64,000 nt of DNA, taken from a bacterium. GTDB lineage: Bacteria; SAR324; NAC60-12. The position numbers and the translations under genes are program-made. Location of the stretch: positions 832,001 through 896,000 of the forward strand of contig OZ242383.1 of NCBI GenBank assembly GCA_965209155.1, written 5' to 3'. Shown here piece by piece: positions 8,757-17,956 of this stretch. Positions within the stretch are counted from its first letter, which is position 1. Every line of letters begins with the position of its first letter. The notes under the pieces were generated by a model that saw nothing but the letters and a program-made list of their open reading frames with translations, made no database searches and was not told the DNA's origin.

Positions 8757-8951
8757 AATCAGGAGTTAAAAAACGTGTCATTCCTGGCTTGATCAGGAAT
8801 CCAGGGGGATATGGGCGATATTTTGGATGCCGTATCATCCTGGTCCCGGATCATCCCGGACTTGATCCGGGACCAGGATGATACGGGATCAGCATGACAC
8901 ATCATAATTACTAAAATATTGATTTGATGAATTAAATTTCAACTCCTGATT
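8757..8951. repeat. MITE-like element containing nested REP-type palindromes
   Basis: Terminal IRs AATCAGGAGTTAAAA (8757-8771) and TTTCAACTCCTGATT (8937-8951), 14/15 match. Inner GTCATTCCTGGCTTGATCAGGAATCCAG and a perfect 24-bp hairpin at 8830-8853/8863-8886. Confidence 0.75.
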
Positions 8952-9086
8952 TGCATGTATATTATTTTATTTATAGCATATATATTTATGTTTTCAACAA
9001 AAATTCATGCAAAATAAATTATTTTATGGTACTATCAGTGACAAGTATTTTGATTATAAATGGCAATTTTTTAAAGGAGAATTAAT

Positions 9087-9320
9087 ATGCCAAGAAAAAC
9101 ACATCATGTTGTCCCAAACTCAGATGGTGGATGGGATGTTTAAAAAGGTGGTGGTGAGAAAGCCATCAAGCATTTTGATAAAAAGCAAGACGCAGTCGAC
9201 TATGGACGAGGTGTAAGCAAGAACCAAGGGTCTGAATTTATAGTGCATAGAAAGGATGGGAAGATTCAAAAATCCGACAGTCATGGAGGTGATCCATTTC
9301 CGCCAAGAGATAAAAAATGA
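9087..9320 (+). pseudogene. DUF2188-family gene with in-frame stop
   Basis: AGGAG RBS. MPRKTHHVVPNSDGGWDV*KGGGEKAIKHFDKKQDAVDYGR...IVHRKDGKIQKSDSHGGDPFPPRDKK*, with TAA at 9141-9143. Confidence 0.85.
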
Positions 9321-9742
9321 AGTTTTGGATTTCTTGAATGGACACGGTCTCCAGAAATAAGCAGAAATGCTTTATCCCAGAAATGCAATCATTTATTTCT
9401 CAGACTGTGAACCCCCAACACGTATCCAAAATGCGGATCCTTGCTAGGTGGCAAATCAAACGGTTTAAATAGCCTGACAATTGCGAATTTATAGGTAACC
9501 CTTTGACAGGAATAAGTCCATACAGCGAACCAATCCGTTACCAAGGAAAAATTCTTTGTTATTGAGCAATCCACTCGAAAATATCCAATAATAAAAGTTT
9601 TCCGTTTACCAAGGATATTGTGGCACTTCGATGAAGTTTGTAAAAAAGGATTGTGGCTGAAGCTTGACTTCACATAATTCGGTTAAGTGGCACCACACCC
9701 GCAGGACAGGCTGACAGATATAAATCTAGTGATACGGAAATT

Positions 9743-11263
9743 ATGGATTCAGGTGTAGAAACAAGATTAAATATTTTAGAATCTGCTGCTAAGAGCGATA
9801 TAATTGAACTTTTTAAAACGCACAATTGGGATTGTTCAATAGAAGGTCAGTTTCCTGACGGTGAGTATCTCGTAATCAAACTGGTGAAAGCAAATGTTGA
9901 ACGTAAAATAGGTTTGCTTTATTCCTGCGCAACTGAAAATGACGTATACAAAATATTGGATAAAACCGTAGATCTGATCGTCCTTAACAACGGATTCTAT
10001 CATCTTAAATCATATGCTTACGGTATTAAAACCGAGGTTATTGAAAAGTCAGGTATTCAGCGGTTTGTAATACTGTGGAACTCTTTGGCTTCTCAAGGGA
10101 AAATATCTGTCGGTGGTCCAGATAAACCAAAAACTAAGCCGAGGGAATTCACCAGTCATATTCAATCTGAAAACCCGATAAAACAGATTTGGAGCAGGAT
10201 TAAGCAATTCAAGACTAAAGGGCTGGCTAAAAAACTAATTATTGAGCGTTATACAAACGCTGGATCTCCATTTTCTGATGAAATAGTTGAAGCAAAAGCG
10301 GAGGGCCTGGCATTTTGTATTCAAAATGGTTGTGATTATTTTGAAGCTGCCAGTAAGCAAAAACTAAATCAAAGAATCGTAAGCTTGTATTATGGAGCTA
10401 TCGCTTTCGCATCAGCAGAAATGCTTGCATCTCCAATTGGACCATTATCTCTTGATAAAGTCGAGAAAATGACAAAATCTGGTCATGGTCTTTATACTCA
10501 CGATTCCATTGATGACAATTCTTTCGAAGGCTTTGTGGTTGGAGTCTTGTCCAACGGATTTTATAAAGAGTGGGTGAAATTTCTGGGGGCTGATGTGTCT
10601 TCATTTCCAGCAAGTAAGCCTAAAAAGCCAGAAGATATTGACCTATCTAGGAATGAAGTTACGACTCTAATCGAATTGTTTTCAAGAATTCCTGAACTAA
10701 AAGACCTGTTCATGCTTGTTACCAACTCTCCAGCAAACTGGCTGGATTTCAATTATGACATTGAAGCAAATGTTGGTTTTGACTTCAGTACGCCTAGATC
10801 CAGAGAGACTTATGTCTCTATCACCGATATATCTTGTTCTAAATCTAAAGAGGATCTTGCTGCTTTATCATTACCCTTAGATCAAATTGAGTATCAAACA
10901 TCAGAGGACCCAGGACTTCACTTTAAAGCATTAATCAAACACCCCGAAGAAGATTTTTGGCATGGTGCCCTTAAACAACACCATAGCCCTTATACTGGTT
11001 CCAGTGTGATAATCCCTGTTTTTGGCTCAGTAAACGAATACAGAGCAATATGCGTTGCATTGCTATATGCCTTGTCCATATTGGTTCGTTACAGACCAAG
11101 TATCTGGCGAGAAGTGATTTCAGGAAAACATGAAAACTATTTAGCTTTAGTTGAAGAATTTCTGGATGTCTATGAACGGCTTGCGCCACAAGAATTTATT
11201 GAAAGTCTACTCTCAAAGCAAGTCCATGTAATTCAATCTGGATCAATATTTGCGCAAATGTGA
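9743..11263 (+). CDS. YaaC-like family protein with extra N-terminal domain
   Basis: SLYYGA, SGHGL, ELFSRIPEL and LLYALSILVRYRPSIW motifs of YaaC-like proteins. AT-rich. Confidence 0.75.
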   Translation: MDSGVETRLNILESAAKSDIIELFKTHNWDCSIEGQFPDGEYLVIKLVKANVERKIGLLYSCATENDVYKILDKTVDLIVLNNGFYHLKSYAYGIKTEVIEKSGIQRFVILWNSLASQGKISVGGPDKPKTKPREFTSHIQSENPIKQIWSRIKQFKTKGLAKKLIIERYTNAGSPFSDEIVEAKAEGLAFCIQNGCDYFEAASKQKLNQRIVSLYYGAIAFASAEMLASPIGPLSLDKVEKMTKSGHGLYTHDSIDDNSFEGFVVGVLSNGFYKEWVKFLGADVSSFPASKPKKPEDIDLSRNEVTTLIELFSRIPELKDLFMLVTNSPANWLDFNYDIEANVGFDFSTPRSRETYVSITDISCSKSKEDLAALSLPLDQIEYQTSEDPGLHFKALIKHPEEDFWHGALKQHHSPYTGSSVIIPVFGSVNEYRAICVALLYALSILVRYRPSIWREVISGKHENYLALVEEFLDVYERLAPQEFIESLLSKQVHVIQSGSIFAQM

Positions 11264-11410
11264 ATCATCGTCCAAAAGGTCACTTTGCTCGGAAAAATTG
11301 ACCATTTTGCTCCTAATTTACCGATGAGTGTAGCGCGGTGATTTTACTGAAACCATACTTGAGACTGACAAGTTCTTTAAATTTTCGATCGAAATCGACA
11401 ATTTAATGAA

Positions 11411-11430
11411 GTGGATCATTTTGGTACACT
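11411..11430. repeat. Imperfect palindromic site, copy 1 (copy 2 at 15401-15420)
   Basis: GTGGATCATTTTGGTACACT versus GTGGTTCATTTTGATCCACT, 17/20 identical. Confidence 0.5.
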
Positions 11431-11525
11431 GAGTAAATTCAATTTTCGAGAGTTTTGAACCATCCCTGAACGAAGTGATGACTCAAGATCATATTATCCT
11501 AACAGAGATAAATAGGTGTAATAAA

Positions 11526-13832
11526 ATGCGTAATCTTGTTATTTGTCTGGATGGTACCTGGAACAAACCTGACCAACAGGATCACGGCCGCCAAGTCCCG
11601 AGCAACGTTGTGAAAATGGCACGGGCAGTAGATTTGAGCAATCAGTCACAGTGCATCTACTATGATACAGGTGTAGGTACAGGCAATTTTCTTGACCGAA
11701 TTGTCGGCGGTATTACCGGTCGTGGTATTTCGGAGAATATCTTTCAAGCGTTTCAGTGGTTGATTGAAAATTATCATAAGGATGACAAACTTTATCTTTT
11801 TGGTTTTAGTCGCGGTGCATACACGGCACGTAGCCTTGCTGGGCTTATAGGTGTATGTGGCATACCGCAAAAAAAGCAGAGTAATGAAATGCTGAAGTGT
11901 GCAGAAAAGGTTTACCGGACTAAAGACCAATGCCGGCGATTGGAGTTGTGTAAAAAGTTTCAAGAAAAATACAAGGCATGTAAGGCTAAGGTCCATTTTA
12001 TAGGTGTTTGGGATACGGTGGGGGCGCTGGGTGTGCCAACAAGTGGACCTCTTGGCTTATGGACTCGGCGCCGCAGTGGTTTTCACGATGTATCCCTTGG
12101 CGCTCACGTCTGCCACGCTTACCATGCGGTCACGATCAACGAAAGACGGGGAGCATTCAAACCAACACTCTGGAATTCAAACCCGGCAACTTATCAAACG
12201 CTGATTCAGGCTTGGTTTCCCGGAGTGCACTCTAATGTCGGGGGTGGTTATGTAGACAGTGGTCTATCGGACCGTGCGCTCTTGTGGATGATCTGTAACG
12301 CCTATAAACTCGGGCTGCGTTTCGATAAAAATTATATCGACCTTTATGTCCACCCCAATTGGTTTGGTGAATTGCGTGATTCCATGACTTGGTTTTACAA
12401 GCTAATGTTCTGGAACAGACCAAGTGACAGATCAATTGATACAACGAAAAAGGAATTCTTACACATATCTGCAAACGAAAGGTGGCGACATGAGACAAAA
12501 CCGGAAGAACCACCAATAAATTACCGGAATGCTCACAAGAATAAGAATACTCTTATAGCGAATTCCTGGGAGTCAGATTTTAACCGAAACTATTCAGGCT
12601 CCTTGAATGGGACATTCAGAAACAAGAAGGTACAGATGCAAAAAACCATTCATAAAGCAAATCATCCAGTTATTCTAGCAGAAACACAGATCGATGAAAT
12701 AGACGGAGATCCCGTACAAACGCCGGTTCGTGTATTACTTCGGTGTTCACATTGGGCTGGGATCACCATCGAGTCAGAAAACTTTCCCGCAAACATATTC
12801 AAAAAGGAACGTTTTTGGATGTCGTTGAGGGATTTTGAAAAAATAGAGGTATTCATTGGATCATATCGTAATATTGGAGGGCAGGGAATCAAAGGCTCTT
12901 TAATTCCTACTATGCAATCCTGTACAGTGGTAGACAAAAAAAGACCTCTTCATTCTGTAAAATTTAGCATCCTCAACTTGCCGCAATTCTATGGCAAGCA
13001 AGATCAATGGATTGAAATAAATAATACAGGGCATAGGCTTGGCTTCGCACGTTTAGAAGCCCCGCCTTGGTTGATTGAGATCTACGAGACGCAAAATTTG
13101 AGCGACAATCTAAAAACACTGAAAAAGGACGGAGGGTACGCAATCACTCATACTGGAAATATAACATATTCAAACAATAAGACTTTTACTGTTCAAGATG
13201 TTGAAAAGCTCCTTTCGGGATTGGGTACGTTTCTATCATTTACGCGTGGTGCCTATTGTGGGCTGACCCTCATAGAAGGGAATGATCAAAATGGTGAGCA
13301 GTCCTGGGTACAATGGGGATGTTCACATTACACAAAGTCTTGGAAATACAATCAATCAGAGACCAAGATAAATGGGGGTGATTTTATATCCGAGGTGTTT
13401 CCGGAATTTTGGGATCTATTTACAAAGGGAAATGATTGGAAAGATTCCATTATAAGAGCTATCGATTGGTATTTGAACAGTAATGAGGGGGCCCTCCACG
13501 TTGGTATTATTCTTACGCAGGCAGCTCTTGAACGCTTGTCATATCAGATTCTTGGACAAAGATTTAGACCACCTGGAAAGTTTATTCAAATTGCGCTGAA
13601 GAAGTTGAACCTAGATCCACAAATTCCTTCCAGTTGTCCGAAACTCGAAAAACTTCGACAAATCAATAATTGGAGTGATGGCCCACACACGTTGACTGAA
13701 ATCCGAAACGACTTTATTCATCCCCAAAACAAACATGGAAAAATTCCCCTGGACGTCCAGTATGAATCTTGGAATCTCGGGCAACGATATGTGGAGTTGG
13801 GTGTAATTAAAAGTGAGGGGCATTTCAATTAA
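11526..13832 (+). CDS. DUF2235 (Tle1-like alpha/beta-hydrolase phospholipase) fused in frame to a HEPN-like (RxxxxH) protein; C-terminus interrupted by an IS
   Basis: LVICLDGTWN, YYDTGVGT, GFSRG, GVWDTVGALG and WFPGVHSNVGGGY. From Met at 12636: GGYAITHTG, FLSFTRG, AIDWYL, QAALE and EIRNDFIHP. The native 3' end lies beyond the IS at 15291-15366. Confidence 0.8.
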   Translation: MRNLVICLDGTWNKPDQQDHGRQVPSNVVKMARAVDLSNQSQCIYYDTGVGTGNFLDRIVGGITGRGISENIFQAFQWLIENYHKDDKLYLFGFSRGAYTARSLAGLIGVCGIPQKKQSNEMLKCAEKVYRTKDQCRRLELCKKFQEKYKACKAKVHFIGVWDTVGALGVPTSGPLGLWTRRRSGFHDVSLGAHVCHAYHAVTINERRGAFKPTLWNSNPATYQTLIQAWFPGVHSNVGGGYVDSGLSDRALLWMICNAYKLGLRFDKNYIDLYVHPNWFGELRDSMTWFYKLMFWNRPSDRSIDTTKKEFLHISANERWRHETKPEEPPINYRNAHKNKNTLIANSWESDFNRNYSGSLNGTFRNKKVQMQKTIHKANHPVILAETQIDEIDGDPVQTPVRVLLRCSHWAGITIESENFPANIFKKERFWMSLRDFEKIEVFIGSYRNIGGQGIKGSLIPTMQSCTVVDKKRPLHSVKFSILNLPQFYGKQDQWIEINNTGHRLGFARLEAPPWLIEIYETQNLSDNLKTLKKDGGYAITHTGNITYSNNKTFTVQDVEKLLSGLGTFLSFTRGAYCGLTLIEGNDQNGEQSWVQWGCSHYTKSWKYNQSETKINGGDFISEVFPEFWDLFTKGNDWKDSIIRAIDWYLNSNEGALHVGIILTQAALERLSYQILGQRFRPPGKFIQIALKKLNLDPQIPSSCPKLEKLRQINNWSDGPHTLTEIRNDFIHPQNKHGKIPLDVQYESWNLGQRYVELGVIKSEGHFN

Positions 13833-15281
13833 GCCCTTTGAAGTTGTTGCCAATAACAATCCCATTTTCCATTGGCTCTTACCACCCTGAGTTGAATCAT
13901 CTGATCGGCATGTTGTTTTTTCCACCAAGCGCCAGGGAGTTTGAGCCTTTTTTGGATGAGGGAACGATGGGCGCTTTCAATTTTTCCAGAGCCGATAGGG
14001 AGTTGTTGATCAATAGCTGTTTTGTATTCAAACTGTCCGGGACGATTTTTCATGTAACGTACCAAAGCGCGAATGGGGGCCTTTTCATTGGGAATAGATT
14101 CGGATTCTTGCCTGGATATAAATTGCTCTAACACGCTGTCAGCTCCTCCTTTTTTCAAGATTTGCTTCTGCTTTTTCAGGAACGGTGAGCCGTCTTCAAA
14201 AGCGGCTTGGCAGGCTGCACCAAGATAATCACAGAGATGATAAAAATCGATGAGATAGTTCGCCTGAGCGCCAAAATGAGTTTCGATTTTTTCACAGATC
14301 CAAGGGGCTCCATCCCCTAAAGCATGAATCTTCGTCTGCTTTCCCAGTCCCGCTTTAAGCGCGACCTCTTTCATTTGAAAACCCGCTTCATCTCTGCCGT
14401 TCAAGGTTCCAGCATAAATGGAGTCGACACTTCCTCGAGCATAGGCTAAGGAGGTAATCCCTTCTTTCCAACTCACTTGACGCGTTTTTCTGCGATCCCC
14501 CGTAAAAGTAGAGTCTGCCGTCTCTACCAGAGGCACCATGGTGCCATCACTTTGCACTATCACCACCCCCGCCCCACTGGCCTCCCTGCTGGACTGCTGC
14601 TCTTCTTTCAGGGAGAAACATCTCTGACTGTGATGGAGGGTTCGCGCTCGAATACTGCTGGAAGGAATGTCAATGCCATAATGCTCCTTGAGTTTCTGGC
14701 TCGCTGCTGCAAAGGAGACATCGGCCCCAAAATCCACCATCGCTCGCTGCAGAGGCTCTGAATAACCTTGGCACTGAACCCCAATCGAGGCACTCAAGGG
14801 TCTCTGTCTTTTTCCTCGCCGTCCTTCCCTGAAAACAAGTTCTTCGATTCCAATGGGACCAAAGGTGCTGTGCCAATATATTTTTTTTTACCATCTCGGA
14901 TCAGATCCGCTTTTTGAGAAGACTCTGCTTCTTTTATATCGGACTGATGGCCCAACCAGCCTTGAAGCACTTCCTGACCTAATTTACGCACTTCTTCAAT
15001 CGTCCGCCTCTCAGCCTCATCGGCTGTTTGGCAACTCCCATCGTCATTTTCGATAATCCCCAGAATGGATTCCATCCGATGGCGCAGGTGAGGATATTTC
15101 GACAGCCGTTCTGCTAATGAAAAAGATGACTCGTCACCTTCCCTTAGTTCTGAGTAACCTAAGCATTTTGACATTTTCAACTCCTGTTTGAAGGTCAATC
15201 ATTCGAATACACTCCTACTTTCAAAATACTTAAAGCACATGTCCAGCTATTTCTCTCTGCCCCACACTTTTAATTACACCC
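13799..15281 (-). mobile_element. ISKra4-type (UPF0236) insertion sequence
   Basis: TIRs GGGTGTAATTAAAAGTG(A/T)GGGGCA, 23/24 match. 9-bp TSD TGTGGAGTT at 13790-13798 and 15282-15290. Confidence 0.93.
13829..15198 (-). CDS. ISKra4-type transposase expressed via -1 frameshift or slippage at an A9 run
   Basis: ORF1 ...DLIRDGKKK joins the -1 frame KIYWHSTFGPIGIEE...SASIGVQCQGYSEPLQRA. DDE-type motifs DGTMVP, GDGAPWI, DFYHL and PIGSGKIESAHR. T9 on the + strand at 14881-14889. Confidence 0.85.
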
Positions 15282-15290
15282 TGTGGAGTT

Positions 15291-15366
15291 AATCCTATTG
15301 AAATTATTCAAGTACTGCGGGAGCTACAAAAATAGGTTAAACAACAAACAAGAACTTATGCCCTGA
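15291..15366 (+). pseudogene. Separated 3' end of the HEPN-like gene
   Basis: Removing the IS and one TSD restores ...RYVEL-ILLKLFKYCGSYKNRLNNKQELMP*. Confidence 0.8.
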
Positions 15367-15400
15367 GCCAATTAGGAGGCATTCAATTCGAGAGAAAAAT

Positions 15401-15420
15401 GTGGTTCATTTTGATCCACT
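15401..15420. repeat. Imperfect palindromic site, copy 2
   Basis: GTGGTTCATTTTGATCCACT; see 11411-11430. Confidence 0.5.
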
Positions 15421-15451
15421 TTTTCTTCATTCTGTAGTGTTATCCGAGTGA

Positions 15452-17947
15452 TTATGTACTCCAAACTCTGGCGATAGTGGTTTGAATTTTTCCCTCCATC
15501 CGCTCTACCAAGTCCCGGCAGCTAGCGATGTGAGACTCCTCTGTTTCTATCTCCTCAACGATACTATTCTGAGTCGCAAGAGGTGGTACGGGGATGCAAT
15601 AGGCGGCCAAGGACTTTGCGTTTATGTTGGATTGACCTATAGCACGGGTCGCGAATTGTTTGATTCCTGTCTGAAATCCTTTTGTATTCATGAAGGTGTT
15701 TAGATAAAACGGATTTGCTACATCTTTGAATATAGAAAGGCGAATTAAATAGGAAGCGAAGCAGTAGTCTCCGACCTGATCAAAGATGCCAGTACGACCG
15801 ACATGTTCGTAGCTGTTGGTTCGATTAAAAAGAATATCGCCAGGAATGAGCCGATATTTGGAAAATTCTTCTGCGGAAATATCAACATACTTCATATCGC
15901 CCGAGTCTGTACATCTGCCATTAGCTATCTCGTTCATGCGAAAAGTTCTATAACCTGTCTCTTCTGTGTTCAATTTCGTAGAGAGACCATATTGGAATTT
16001 TTCACATATTTCCCCTAATGCCACCATGGGCCAGTCGGGGTCGATGGGGATGTGGGGGCGGTAGTGGTCGACGACGGTTCGGGCTCCGTCGATGACTTTC
16101 TGGTAGCCTTCGATTTCTGCGACGATTTCCTTTTGCACCTGGAGTGGTGGTAGGGGAAATTGGAATGTTGAATATTGTTTGGCGTTGATATTTGTAAGTG
16201 TACCTGTCTTTGAGTTACTCAGTATCCATTCACTCCAAGCAATCGACTTAGTCATGTAGTAAACATATTTAGGAATTGCCCGGGCGGGGTTGATACGGAA
16301 GCGAATTAAGTAACCAGCATATTGGTACGTTCCTGGTAAATTTTCGTGAATGTAAGTACGTCCGACGGAACCAGAACGTGCAATGAGTAAGTCATCGGGT
16401 TTTAGAAAGAGATTCGGTTCAATTACCGACGGTGATACTAATTCATTAAGTTTGAGTTTTCCATTTTCTGTAATGTCGGTAATTCGCACATAGCGAACTT
16501 TGTTATCATACAAAATTTTACGTGCACCGGAGCCGTATTCTGGTTTGCTAAGAATGATGCTACCAAGTTCTACCCACTCATACTTCCCTTCTGCAGTTAA
16601 ATTTCCTCGATACCGTTCTCCGCTGAGGTTGTAGTCGCCGTTGGCGGCGATTTTTTCTTTCTCCACAATCAAGCCGAGGGTGGGGTGGAAGTCGTTCAAG
16701 GATTCACCGTTTCGCAGGTGGCGCAGGTAGGCGGTGATTTCCTCGCAGGCTTGGGGCAGGTCGTTCTGCTTGATCGGGCGGCGTTGAGCGCCGAGGTCGA
16801 ATCCGTCGTTTTCCACTTTGAAGAAGGCGACGTGGTTGGTCTTGCGGGCCAGGGTGCGGTCGAGGAGGAGGATGGAGGTCTTCACTCCGGAATAGGGTTG
16901 GAAAACGCCTGCCGGCAGGGAAACGACGGCGACGAGGTAGTCCTCGAGCAACATGCGCCGCAGTTGTTTATAAGCGCCCTGGCTTTGAAAGATGATGCCT
17001 TCGGGGACGATGATGGCGGCGCGTCCGGAGGGGGTGAGGTGTTCGGCCATGTAGTCCACGAAGAGCACTTCGCTGCGTTTCGATTTGACCGAGAAGCGGT
17101 TGTGTGGACGGATGCCTCCCTTGGGAGACATGAAAGGAGGATTGGCCAGGATGACGTCTGCAAATTCATTCCAACGTTCCTCGCTGGTGAGGGTGTCGTA
17201 TTCGTATATGTGCGGGTCGACGAGTTGGTGCAGGTACATGTTGACCAGGGAGAGGCGTACCATGTCCGGCGAGATGTCGTAGCCTTTGATGTTGCTGGCC
17301 AGTCTTTCTCTCTCATCAGGCGTGAGCGTGCTGAAGCCCTGATCGTCGCTGTTGTTTTTCAAAACGTGCTTGTAGGAGGAGATGAGGAATCCGGCGGTGC
17401 CGCAAGCCGGGTCGAGCAAGCTTTCGTCCTTCCTGGGATCGACGAGGGCCACCATGAAGTGGATGATATGACGCGGAGTGCGGAACTGACCGGCGTCTCC
17501 CTGGGAACCGAGGACGGAGAGCAAATACTCGAAAGCGTCTCCCAGGCGTTCCGAGTGGTCGTAGGTGAACTCGTCGATGATCTCCAGGAAGCTGCGCAGC
17601 GTCTGCGGGTCGTGATAGGGCAGGTAGGCGTTCCTGAAGATGTCGCGGAAGAGCGGAGGGATGCCGGGATTTTGAGGCATCCTGCTGATGGCTTCGCTAT
17701 ATAGAGCGAGGATTTCGTGACCTCCCAACCCGGAACGGATCAACTTGCTCCACCCGAAACGGGCGTAGTCGCCGGCAAAGAATTTACGATTGCCACCCAA
17801 CTCTTCACTCTGGGCGTCGATGTCATCCATGAACTTGTAAATGAGGGCGATGGTGACCTGTTCCACCTGGCTCTTGGGGTCGGGGACTTTGCCCACCAGG
17901 ACGTCACGGGCGTTGTCGATGCGGCGTTTGGTGTCGGCGTCCAGCAT
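15452..17947 (-). CDS. hsdM: Type I R-M N6-adenine methyltransferase fused to a two-TRD specificity subunit (HsdM-HsdS fusion)
   Basis: GQFRTPRH, LDPACGTAGFL and NPPF motifs. The C-half has two TRDs, each ending in P(L/V)PPL..Q..IV.EIE. Confidence 0.93.
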   Translation of the reverse strand: MLDADTKRRIDNARDVLVGKVPDPKSQVEQVTIALIYKFMDDIDAQSEELGGNRKFFAGDYARFGWSKLIRSGLGGHEILALYSEAISRMPQNPGIPPLFRDIFRNAYLPYHDPQTLRSFLEIIDEFTYDHSERLGDAFEYLLSVLGSQGDAGQFRTPRHIIHFMVALVDPRKDESLLDPACGTAGFLISSYKHVLKNNSDDQGFSTLTPDERERLASNIKGYDISPDMVRLSLVNMYLHQLVDPHIYEYDTLTSEERWNEFADVILANPPFMSPKGGIRPHNRFSVKSKRSEVLFVDYMAEHLTPSGRAAIIVPEGIIFQSQGAYKQLRRMLLEDYLVAVVSLPAGVFQPYSGVKTSILLLDRTLARKTNHVAFFKVENDGFDLGAQRRPIKQNDLPQACEEITAYLRHLRNGESLNDFHPTLGLIVEKEKIAANGDYNLSGERYRGNLTAEGKYEWVELGSIILSKPEYGSGARKILYDNKVRYVRITDITENGKLKLNELVSPSVIEPNLFLKPDDLLIARSGSVGRTYIHENLPGTYQYAGYLIRFRINPARAIPKYVYYMTKSIAWSEWILSNSKTGTLTNINAKQYSTFQFPLPPLQVQKEIVAEIEGYQKVIDGARTVVDHYRPHIPIDPDWPMVALGEICEKFQYGLSTKLNTEETGYRTFRMNEIANGRCTDSGDMKYVDISAEEFSKYRLIPGDILFNRTNSYEHVGRTGIFDQVGDYCFASYLIRLSIFKDVANPFYLNTFMNTKGFQTGIKQFATRAIGQSNINAKSLAAYCIPVPPLATQNSIVEEIETEESHIASCRDLVERMEGKIQTTIARVWST

Positions 17948-17956
17948 GGGATTCCT

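Noticed and set aside
8728..8838. N-terminal 37 aa of the 594-aa ORF call
   Set aside because: Read-through from the palindromic repeat; the family start and RBS are at 8727.
9389..9673. 94-aa minus-strand ORF and alternative frames
   Set aside because: No recognisable family or RBS; probably decayed DNA.
11278..11400. IS21-like terminal motifs
   Set aside because: No transposase or partner end found; too weak to list as a feature.
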